Below are positions 53,298 through 64,000 of a DNA stretch of 64,000 nt, one piece after another; the stretch's first letter is position 1; each line of letters begins with the position of its first letter. Origin of the DNA: Felis catus (taxonomy: Eukaryota); NCBI RefSeq assembly GCF_018350175.1, contig NC_058368.1, positions 44,084,001 through 44,148,000 of the forward strand, written 5' to 3'. The position numbers were made by a program, and so were the translations under genes. The notes under the pieces were generated by a model. That model ran no database searches. It saw nothing but the letters and a program-made list of their open reading frames with translations, and was not told where the DNA came from.

Positions 53298-53498
53298 GGG
53301 GTGCTCAGTTGGTTAAGTGTCCAACTTTGGCTCAGGTCATGATCTTGCGATGTGTGAGTTCGAGGCCCATGTCGGGCTCTGTGCTGACAGCCCAGAGCCT
53401 GGAGCCTGCTTCAGGTTCTGTGTTTCCCTGTCTCTCTGCTCCTCCCCTGCTTACACTCTGCTCTCTGTCTCAACAATAAATGAAAATGAAAAAAAAAA
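53298..53498 (+). mobile_element. CanSINE
   Basis: Head with a small deletion, body and tail. Confidence 0.9.
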
Positions 53499-53554
53499 CT
53501 TTATATTTTTTAGAGTAAATCTGTAAAAAAATTGGTTATACATATGTGACTTTT

Positions 53555-53800
53555 TAAAACTTTAGAATATTTTTAAATATTTATTTATTTTTGAGAGAGA
53601 GACACACACACAGTGCAAGTGGGGGAGGGGCAGAGAGAGGGAGACAGATAATCAGAAGCAGGCTCCAGGCTCCGAGCTGTCAGCACAGAGCCCGACGCAG
53701 GGCTCGAACTCCTGAGCCATGAGACATATCTCATGAGACATATCTCATATCTTCGACCTGAACCGAAGTTGGACGCTCAACCGAGTCACCCAGGTGCCCC
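53555..53800 (-). mobile_element. CanSINE with an internal 14-bp duplication
   Basis: TSD tatacatatgtgacttt / tatgcatatatgacttt. Confidence 0.92.
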
Positions 53801-54512
53801 TATGCATATATGACTTTAAACATATTATTTAGTATTAAGTTAAAGTTTTCCTATTAACAAATGTGGTTAATATTAACATGAAGACCACGGGGAAGGTGGG
53901 AGGATTGTAAATGGAGGACACAATGGTGGGTATAAAAACACATTTAAAAGCAGATTTAAAAGCATATGCTTGAAAAAAATCACAATGTAAATGTTCAGTA
54001 ATTGATATTATTTTCAACTAGATGATGGTGTATAGTTGTATTTACTTAAGCACACTTTAAATGCTTTTTGCTAGGTAATTTAGTACTGCTTTTGACACTG
54101 AAAACAGAATAGATTGTGTATTTAAAATTGACGTGTGAAAATACAAAGATTTTGGTGTTGGTCTATCTGTTATATTGACATTTATAATCTGTAATGACTT
54201 ATATAATGAGATGAATTCTATAGTAGACCCCGGGTAAAGGTTTCTACTACATATGGAGAGAGGGAAGAAATCAGCTGATCTTGTCTAAACAAAAACTGAT
54301 ATGTATTCTAAAATGGATAAATAATTGAAATCTCACAAACCTAAACTGAGGACAGAGATTGTAAAATCTACAAGATACATCCTGCTCCTTTCCTGGATCT
54401 CAAGGTTGAAAGCCTTCATAAAATTCCATGTTCTGAAATATAAATTGCAACTTCATAAAATCTAGAATGCCATCATTCTAACTGAAAAAAGAAATGGTTT
54501 GAGAAATAAGTT

Positions 54513-54646
54513 GGGGTGCCTGGATGGCTCTGTCGGTTAAGCATCTGACTTTTGATTTCAGCTCAAGTCATGATCTCAGGGTTTGTGGATTCAAGCCCCA
54601 CTATGGGCTCTGCACTGACAGCTTGGAGCCTGCTTGGGATTCTCTT

Positions 54647-54696
<50 letters not shown>

Positions 54697-54733
54697 CCTC
54701 TCAAAATAAATAAATAAACTTAAATTAAAAAAA
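54513..54733 (+). mobile_element. CanSINE
   Basis: Long (CT)n; approximate TSD agaaataagt / agaaatatgt. Confidence 0.92.
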
Positions 54734-55590
54734 AAGAAATATGTCAAATGTTGACATTTGAGTTTGGATATAAACTTGTTTGAAGCCTACAACAACAACA
54801 GCAAAATTGGATCCATGAGGGTGTTAGTCCAGGAAAGAACAATTTTACTAAAAAGGATGAATATCTAAAAAAGACATTTTAAAATGACCATGACCAAAAC
54901 AAGAATACACTGCTGTAGGTGATAAAAAAAAAATTAGAAAGCTGTATTTTCTTTATTAGAAGGACTCTTTGATTGTAAAAAAAATCTTGTGATAAGGTGT
55001 TTAGAGAGAGTAAACTACTTTATTTTAACTTAATTGGTAGTAATTTCCAAGTCCTTCAGACAAAGACAACCAGGAGCAAGTCTACTGAACAAAGTTGAAA
55101 TCATTAATTCTTTGCAACAAGGGGGAATACATACACATACATACACATGCATGCATACATACATACATGCATACATATGTACAATAAAATACAATATCAT
55201 GCTTGCTAAGAGAAAGAGGTGATCACCTTGGATTTTAAAAAATCTTGTTATATGCTGGTTTACCAAGGGCTAAACCTAAGGCCACAGAATAATTGAAATT
55301 AAAAGGGGGGATAAAAAAGGAAGTTAATTGCATCACTGTTTTTAACAGCCAAAAATTAGGAAACCAAAAATACATTGCGATACATTTATATAATGTAAAA
55401 TTAAATATAGCTATGAACAGACCATAGTGTCACATATTAATGTGTATGTAAATTAGTACCAATCTAATTATGATTGAGAATGGAATAATCAAGTTCTTGA
55501 GTATGTTCATACATACATATATGAACTATTCAAGAACATTTATAAAAACTAAATATGAGTTATAGAGTTATAAACATATGTAACAAAACT

Positions 55591-55869
55591 TTTTAAAAAT
55601 GTTTATTTTTTTTTAATTTTTTTTTTCCAACGTTTATTTTTGGGACAGAGAGAGACAGAGCATGAACGGGGGAGGGGCAGAGAGAGAGGGAGACACAGAA
55701 TCTGAAACAGGCTCCAGGCTCTGAGCCATCAGCCCAGAGCCTGACGCAGGGCTCAAACTCACGGACCGCGAGATCGTGACCTGGCTGAAGTCGGGCACTT
55801 AACCGACTGCGCCACCCAGGCGCCTCAAAAAATGTTTATTTATTTTTGAGAGAGCATGAGTGAGGGAGG

Positions 55870-55919
<50 letters not shown>

Positions 55920-56037
55920 ATCCAAAGCTGGCTCTGCGCTGACGGCAGTGAGCCCGATGTGGGGTTTGAACTCATGAACCATGAGATCATGACCTTAAGT
56001 CAGATGCTCAATTGGACTGAGCCACCCAGGTGCTCCT
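55591..56037 (-). mobile_element. Older CanSINE whose tail hosts a young SINE
   Basis: Body 55842-56037 with (GA)n. Confidence 0.9.
55609..55826 (-). mobile_element. Young feline SINE
   Basis: TSD aaaaatgtttattt (55595-55608, 55828-55841). Confidence 0.96.
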
Positions 56038-56071
56038 GTAATAACACTGTTTTTTAAAAAATGCAAGGATG

Positions 56072-58762
56072 TAACCAGCGAAGAAATTGAATCGGTTATC
56101 AAAAATCTCCCAACAAGTAAGAGTCCAGGACCAGATGGCTTCCCAGGGGAGTTCTACCAGACGTTTAAAGCAGAGATAATACCTATCCTTCTCAAGCTAT
56201 TCCAAGAAATAGAAAGGGAAGGAAAACTTCCAGACTCATTCTATGAAGCCAGTATTACTTTGATTCCTAAACCAGACAGAGACCCAGTAAAAAAAGAGAA
56301 CTACAGGCCAATATCCCTGATGAATATGGATGCAAAAATTCTCAATAAGATACTAGCAAATCGAATTCAACGGCATATAAAAAGAATTATTCACCATGAT
56401 CAAGTGGGATTCATTCCTGGGATGCAGGGCTGGTTCAACATTCGGAAATCAATCAACGTGATACATCACATTAACAAAAAAAAGAGAAGAACCATATGAT
56501 CCTGTCAATCGATGCAGAAAAGGCCTTTGACAAAATCCAGCACCCTTTCTTAATAAAAACCCTCAAGAAAGTCGGGATAGAAGGAACATACTTAAAGATC
56601 ATAAAAGCCATTTATGAAAAACCCACAGCTAACATCATCCTCAACGGGGAAAAACTGAGAGCTTTTTCCCCGAGATCAGGAACACAACAGGGATGTCCAC
56701 TCTCACCGCTGTTGTTTAACATAGTGCTGGAAGTTCTAGCATCAGCAATCAGACAACAAAAGGAAATCAAAGGCACCAAAATTGGCAAAGATGAAGTCAA
56801 GCTTTCGCTTTTTGCATATGACATGATATTATACATGGAAAATCCAATAGACTCCACCAAAAGTCTGCTAGAACTGATAAGGAATTCAGCAAAGTTGCAG
56901 GATACAAAATCAATGTACAGAAATCTGTTGCATTCTTATACACTAACAATGAAGCAACAGAAAGACAAATAAAGAAACTGATCCCATTCGCAATTGCACC
57001 AAGAAGCATAAAATACATAGGAATAAATCTAACCAAAGATGTAAAGGATCTGTATGCTGAAAACTATAGAAAGCTTATGACGATAATTGAAGAAGATTTA
57101 AAGAAATGGAAAGACATTCCCTGCTCATGGATTGGAAAAATAAATATTGTCAAAATGTCAATACTACCCAAAGCTATCTACACATTCAATGCAATCCCAA
57201 TCAAAATTGCACCAGCATTCTTCTTGAAACTAGAACAAGCAATCCTAAAATTCATATGGAACCACAAAAGGCCCCGAATAGCCAAAGGAATTTTGAAGAA
57301 GAAGACCAAAGCAGGAGGCATCACAATCCCAGACTTTAGCCTCTACTACAAAGCTGTCATCATCAAGACAGCATGGTATTGGCACAAAAACAGACACATA
57401 GACCAATGGAATAGAATAGAAACCCCAGAACTAGACCCACAAACGTATGGCCAACTCATCTTTGACAAAGCAGGAAAGAACATCCAATGGAAAAAAGACA
57501 GCCTCTTTAACAAATGGTGCTGGGAGAACTGGACAGCAACATGCAGAAGGTTGAAACTAGACCACTTTCTCACACCATTCACAAAAATAAACTCCAAATG
57601 GATAAAGGACCTAAATGTGAGACAGGAAACCATCAAAACCTTAGAGGAGAAAGCAGGAAAAGACCTCTCTGACCTCAGCCGTAGCAATCTCTTACTCGAC
57701 ACATCCCCAAAGGCAAGGGAATTAAAAGCAAAAGTGAATTACTGGGACCTTATGAAGATAAAAAGCTTCTGCACAGCAAAGGAAACAACCAACAAAACTA
57801 AAAGGCAACCAACGGAATGGGAAAAGATATTCGCAAATGACATATCGGACAAAGGGCTAGTATCCAAAATCTATAAAGAGCTCACCAAGCTCCACACCCA
57901 AAAAACAAATAACCCAGTGAAGAAATGGGCAGAAAACATGAATAGACACTTCTCTAAAGAAGACATCCGGATGGCCAACAGGCACATGAAAAGATGTTCA
58001 GCGTCGCTCCTTATCAGGGAAATACAAATCAAAACCACACTCAGGTATCACCTGACGCCAGTCAGAGTGGCCAAAATGAACAAATCAGGAGACTATAGAT
58101 GCTGGCGAGGATGTGGAGAAACGGGAACCCTCTTGCACTGTTGGTGGGAATGCAAATTGGTGCAGCCGCTCTGGAAAGCAGTGTGGAGGTTCCTCAGAAA
58201 ATTAAAAATAGAACTACCCTATGACCCAACAATAGCACTGCTAGGAATTTATCCAAGGGATACAGGAGTACTGATGCATAGGGCCACTTGTACCCCAATG
58301 TTCATAGCACCACTCTCAACAATAGCCAAATTATGGAAAGAGCCTTAATGTCCATCAACTGATGAATGGATAAAGAAATTGTGGTTTATATACACAATGG
58401 AATTCTACGTGGCAATGAGAAAAAATGAAATAGGGCCTTTTGTAGCAACGTGGATGGAACTGGAGAGTGTGATGCTAAGTGAAATAAGCCATACAGAGAA
58501 AGACAGATACCATATGTTTTCACTCTTATGTGGATCCTGAGAAACTTAACAGGAACCCATGGGGGAGGGGAAGGAAAAAAAAAAAAAAAGAGGTTAGAGT
58601 GCGAGAGAGCCAAAGCATAAGAGACTGTTAAAAACAGAACAAACTGGGGGTTGATGGAGGGTGGGAGGGAGGGGAGGTGGGTGGTGGGTGTTGGGGAGGG
58701 CGCCTTTTGGGATGAGCACTGGGTGTTGTATGGAAACCAATTTGTCAATAAATTTCATATAA
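56072..58762 (+). mobile_element. 5'-truncated feline L1, 2.7 kb (ORF2 RT to C-terminus, 3'UTR), inactive
   Basis: ORF pieces 56260-56499, 56496-56972 and 57077-58348 are L1 ORF2 ([24 protein letters not shown]). Catalytic FADD is mutated to FAYD (56811-56822). Two frameshifts; premature TAA at 58346-58348; natural stop at 58538-58540. 16-bp TSD aaaaaatgcaaggatg. Confidence 0.98.
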
Positions 58763-58778
58763 AAAAAATGCAAGGATG

Positions 58779-58892
58779 GAACTTGTTGGGATGAGCACTG
58801 GGTGTTATATATAAGTGATGAATCACTAAATTCTACTCCTGAAACCATTATTACACTATATGTTAATTAACTTGGGTTTAAATAAAATTAAA
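58779..58892 (+). mobile_element. Very short older L1 3' end
   Basis: acttgttgggatgagcactgggtgttatatataagtgatgaatcactaaattctactcctgaaacc; own TSD aaaaaatgcaagga at 58893-58906. Confidence 0.9.
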
Positions 58893-58977
58893 AAAAAATG
58901 CAAGGAAACAATGAAAACAAAATAGAGAAATGGATTATCTCTAGGTATATGCAGGGAGACTGAATAAGAAAGGATCA

Positions 58978-59188
58978 GGGGCGCCTGGGTGGCTCGGTCG
59001 GTTAAGCGTCCGACTTGGGCTCAGGTCATGATCTCACGGTCTGTGAGTTCGAGCCCTGTGTCGGGCTCTCTGCTGACAGCTCAGAGCCTGGAGCCTGTTT
59101 CAGATTCTGTGTCTGCCTCTCTCTCTGCCCCTCCCCTGTTCATGCTCTGTCTCTCTCTGTCTCAAAAAAAAAATAAACGTTAAAAAAA
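58978..59188 (+). mobile_element. Feline SINE
   Basis: Perfect TSD aagaaaggatca. Confidence 0.96.
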
Positions 59189-60132
59189 AAGAAAGGATCA
59201 AAATTAGATAAAAAGAGTAGATAGAAGTAGATACTGTGACATTTCTAGCTCTTAGGTTTATGTTGATTTCATGGTTGCTCATCATAAAACCAAAACACCC
59301 ACCCACACTCATACATAGAAAAACACAAACATAAAGCTATTGACAGAGTAAGTTGTCATTGTGCCCTCAAATAAAGACTATGATTAATAAAGTTCTGTTT
59401 GACAGGGGGCAGATTTTCTAAAGTTTGGACACCTCCATCAACAACAAAGCCTATTCCATTTACTGAATTAATAATTCTTATTACAGTGACCCACGGAGTG
59501 TTACTAGTCACATATACTAGTACTACTTAAATATCATTGTCTGTATAAGAGAATGGAAACATAAAATGCTTTTCTGAATGATAAGGCTGACAACTTATTC
59601 TGACAATTGTCACTAACCCCACTCTTTATGTGCAAATCCTTTAAATATTTCCTAAATAAATGAAAACAATAAAAAGGAATATTAGCTATTTTTATTTAAT
59701 AGGCTCACTTAATTGCCTTCATTCAAATAAAGGTGTAGAAGTTTGAACAGAAAATTTTGTCCTTTGGGAATTATTCACTCTTAGGAGAAAAGAAGCTACA
59801 AATTACAGAACCTGAAATATCCAGTATAAAAAGAAAAAGTGGAGATCACTTGTAACTATAGAATGCTGGGTTCTGTTTCCCATTCTTAACTTATTCTGAA
59901 GTCATCAGGGTGTTGTTGCTAGGAAATTTCAGACATTTATTGCTCATGATTTCTGTGTTATCCCCCACTAAGGACCCATTCAAGTGTGTTTTATTTCCCC
60001 TTGTTTTATTCTTTTAATCCCCAAACACCCTACTTAAAGTTAACATCCATAATCACGGAAAAGGTTGTTTTAACCATCTCTGGGTGTTTTCATTGATTCT
60101 TAGAAAGTTCATTTTTGAAGCACTGACTTCAT

Positions 60133-60195
60133 GGTAGATAGATAGGTAGGTAGGTAGGTAGGTAGATACATAGATGATAGGCAGATGATAAATAG
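60133..60195. repeat. (TAGA)/(TAGG)n tetranucleotide repeat
   Basis: Directly visible. Confidence 0.85.
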
Positions 60196-60391
60196 AGTGT
60201 AAAGTCTTGAATATTAAGAAATCCTCAGAAGATTATAAAACCAATTGCTGTCAAAAATGTTTTCTGAATTATTGGTATACCATAACCTGTATTGCATTAA
60301 TTTTACAATATTTCTATAAAATAAACTAAAACATAAAGTCCATAAATTGATCAACATTAGATCAAAACAGTTTTAATATCACATGCATTGA

Positions 60392-60600
60392 GGGGCAGGC
60401 ACCTGGGTTAAGTGGCCGACTTTGGTTCAGGTTATGATCTTGTGGTTGGTGAGTTTGGACCCCTGTCAAGCTCTGTGCTAACAGCTCAAAGCCTGGAGCC
60501 TGCTTCAGATTCTGTGTCTCTCTCGCTCTCTGCCCCTCCCCCGCTTACACTCTGTCTCTCTGTCTGTCTCTCTCAAAATAAATAAGCATTAAAAAAAAAA
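60392..60600 (+). mobile_element. CanSINE
   Basis: Degenerate head, body and poly(A). Confidence 0.9.
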
Positions 60601-62298
60601 TTGCATGCAAAATAATCAACTCTTCTTTATTATACCTTGGTAATATTGTATGTGTGTTGGGAGGTGGAATATACAAAATGATGAGCTAATGTCTTAAATT
60701 ATATAATGCATCACCAGACAGAAGCATATAATTTTGAACATTAGAAGACACTTCTTAAATTTTAAGTTGCATATTCCTGAGGTGTTACCTGAACTACTAC
60801 TATTTGCATGTCACCTGGTAAAATCTAAATGGATTTGCCTTGATGACAAGTAGTAGAATAAAGACTGTCATGCAAAAAGATAAACTCAAGTGTGCAAAGT
60901 AAAACCCCGTCAATGTTAAGGGCAATGTATAGCTTCCTACTGCCATGACTTAAGTGTATCTGTGCCCTTCTATCCATTTTAATATACAAAAGAGATCGGC
61001 TTCCTTATCAGTAGGTGGTCTATATCTGAAAGCTTGTTATCCAGTCTGGAACTTGGATTGTTTTAACTTGGCACCCATCCCATAGATTGGAACTGCTCTG
61101 TGGAAACTGGTATATTTAGTTGTTCATATTGCTACTGAGATCCAGACAAAATATAACCTTGAAAGTCAATAGAGCAAAAAATAGTAAACAGAAAGATGTT
61201 ATCAATTACTGACAACATGGCAGAACTCTTTTCCATGTGTTAAAATGATTAAGGCATGACAATATTTTTCATAGTTATCCGTGGAAAAGAGTTCAATTTA
61301 TGTGACTTACCCATAATAAAATAAATATAAAAATCTTAGGTCCATTAAAATTTTAAATTTAAAGGCATTTTTATTAATCAGGCTTAGAGATTATTTTGGT
61401 ATTCATAATCTCTCTTGCTTTCCCATTTCCATAGTGTTAGTGATAAAGACTTTTTATACAGTGGGCCAATCTATATCCATGCTCTTCAGCAAAACAGATA
61501 AGCTTTTTTTCTGTCAAAACATTTAATTATAAAGTTGTTCGTGTTAGTTAAGAAGTAAATCATTTAAAGGGTAAAAAAGATTAAATGTAATCTTGAAAGG
61601 AAAATGCTTACAGATAAAAAGGAAAGAAACTTGTAGTCAAAGAGAGAAAGTAATTTGTCTTTTCAAGATAGTTAATGAGCTTCAGATACTCTTTGATGAT
61701 GAGAAAGAGTATGATACACACACACAAAAAAGCTTTAATGAAGTATAAAATTATAACAGATAATGAAGTTCTTTTTTTAGAATATGCAATTAGTAACTGT
61801 TGGATTTCTATTTCTTAAAACCATAAATATATTGACAATGTTACATACATGTAAAACCATTTTAAATAAGTTATAAATTCTAATTGAAGATGATCAAGAT
61901 CAAACCAACTTTTTTTTTTCCACCTCAATTCTCCTTGCTGAAAGATCAGGGGGAAAAAGTATGTTTAAGCGTACAGGATTTCAAAAAGGTTTATATTAAA
62001 CTGTTTGTATCGTAATAATATAGGAATTAGCTAAGGAGATTTATTTAATCAGAAGATGAAGAGGTTTTATGGTGGTACTCTGAAAAAAGAATTCATGAAT
62101 AAAATGATCAGAAAATGTTAACAGACTGATAATTTGGAAAATAAGAATTAGTGGAATTTTATGTAACTGTTTTAAAATTATAATACCAGAAACAAAGTAA
62201 GAAACATAAGTCATTTGACAGTAAATATGTCAAAGTTAACTTAAACCTTCAAGTAGTAAAGTATGGCCTCTCCAAGTACTTCTATTTTGTGATGATTT

Positions 62299-62514
62299 AA
62301 AAAAATTTTTTAACGTTTATTTATTTTTGAGACAGAGAGGAACAGAGCATGAATGGGAGAGGGTCAGAGAGAGAGGGAGACACAGAATTTGAAACAGGCT
62401 CCAGACTGTGAACTGTCAGCACAGAGCCCGACATGGGGCTTGAACTCACAGACCGCGAGATCATGACCTGAGCCGAAGTCCGACGCTTAAAGGACTGAGT
62501 CACCCAGGTGCCCC
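62299..62514 (-). mobile_element. CanSINE
   Basis: TSD tgtgatgattt. Confidence 0.95.
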
Positions 62515-63254
62515 TGTGATGATTTTTAAAAAATTTTCCATACTAAACGTATATAATGAAATAACTTGTACAATTATAAAATGCATATGTAAAAGGATGT
62601 AGCCTGTAGATATATGCAAAAGGATGTTTTCTTACAGTACTGTTAGCATAGAAATAATATGTAGATGACTAAAATGTTAAATAATAAAAAAAAATTGTTT
62701 AAATGCAATTTCAATTCTCTAAGATATCTTATGCACCTATCAAAAGGTTTAGATTTAACAAGAAAGATGTTAATCAGCTACTAACAGAAAAATAAGGTAT
62801 AGAACAGCATATATACTCTGGCATTGTTTACAATATAGATAGGTATTGGCTTAGCTGGTCCTTTCTTTGTTCAAACTGTCTGCTAAAATTATGTACTAAC
62901 TGGATAACATTGGTTTGGGGAGACATGGTTTTGGGATTTATTAAGATTTTCCCTATTAGATATAACGTTATGATGTTTAAAATTTTTTAAAGAAAAATAT
63001 ACAGACAAGAAAAAAGTAAAATATGACATTAAACAGGAGCCTTGTAATATTGTACATAGTTGCTTTTGAACAGTGACTAAAATCTTTTCTTAATTTGAAT
63101 TGAGTCCCCTTTTAAACTAGTTACTTTAAAAACTATTATTTTTAATAAGCCCCACTCTTAGATGTCCAAGAATTAAGTATAATTTTACATATAACTTCTG
63201 TAATTGCTTTTGTTAGAAGATAGTACCAAAGAAGTTTTGATAGAAGATAGTTAT

Positions 63255-63472
63255 CTTTATTATTATTTTTTAATGTTTATCTTTTATTTTTGAGACAGAG
63301 AGAGACAGAGCAAGAGCAGGGGAGGGGCAGAGAGAGAGGGAGACACAGAATCTGAAGTAGCCTCCAGGCTCTGAGCTGTCAGCCCCAAGCCCGACAACAG
63401 GCTCAAACTCATAGACCGTGAGATCATGAGCCAAATTCAGACGCTTAACTGACTGAGCCACTCAGGTGCCCC
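63255..63472 (-). mobile_element. CanSINE
   Basis: Reverse-complement SINE ending caggtgcccc. Confidence 0.92.
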
Positions 63473-63489
63473 TAATTGTCTTTATTAAT

Positions 63490-63785
63490 GATCCCTCAGT
63501 AACCCAGAATATGTTCCATAATATGGATGGCTTATCCAAACAGTGGAAAGTTATAAGAGACAGGACTGAGGTCTCCAGAAAAAAAAAAATTCTCCTCTAT
63601 AATGCCTTTGAACCCAAGACCACAACATCAACTTCTGTCTGAATCTCCAGGCTGCCAGTCTGCTCTGCAAAATTTGGTCGCACAAGCTTCCAAAACTGTG
63701 TGAGCCAATTCCTTTGAATAAATCTCTTTCTCTATGTATATGCATACTATTGGTTTTGTTTCTCTGGAGAACCCCGACTAATATA
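63490..63785 (+). mobile_element. MLT2-like (ERV-L) LTR, 3' part
   Basis: tgtgagccaattcctttgaataaatctct...tattggttttgtttctctggagaaccccgactaata is a typical MLT2 terminus. Confidence 0.85.
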
Positions 63786-64000
63786 GTAACTAACAATGGT
63801 AAATGTATTAAATCCAAAGTGAATTGCAAGCAGTTTTAAATTCAAATGCCTTTAGGGACATAGCGAATGACTGAAATTAGAAAATCAGATGGCTATAAAA
63901 CATTCAGTAGTGGTGGGTATGATGGTGAATTAAGACTCCGTTCCTGTTGAAAGAAATTGAAATGAAAGTATTTTTTAAAACGTACCCTAATCAAAAATCC

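Noticed and set aside
57077..58348. 423-aa ORF as a host gene or active L1
   Set aside because: Fragment of a 5'-truncated L1 ORF2 with no endonuclease, a mutated RT motif upstream and a premature stop.

Overview
This is AT-rich, repeat-dense mammalian DNA from a felid (cat lineage), judged from about 38 tRNA-derived CanSINEs (several of the young SINEC_Fc type) and feline L1 3' ends. I found no intact protein-coding gene, RNA gene or CRISPR array. The one gene-derived element is a disabled, intronless minus-strand copy of ZBTB39 (CDS about 7630 to 5537). It carries a long putative 3'UTR and a short 5' end that is still CpG-rich. The rest of the window holds truncated L1s of several ages, solo LTRs (ERV1-like, LTR40-like, MLT1, MLT2), a decayed endogenous retrovirus pro-pol remnant, L2 debris and microsatellites. 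The most interesting observations are four. (1) A collinear pol remnant switches from class I (ERV1-like PR/RT) to class III (ERV-L-like tether/RNase H). (2) CpGs are retained at the 5' end of the ZBTB39 retrocopy. (3) Two L1s inserted one after the other at the same nick, leaving three copies of the target site. (4) An AT-rich palindrome contains inverted copies of its own flank. I see no convincing evidence of a wholly new biological system. Repeat family names come from memory of consensus motifs, not from database searches, and boundaries of old repeats are approximate.
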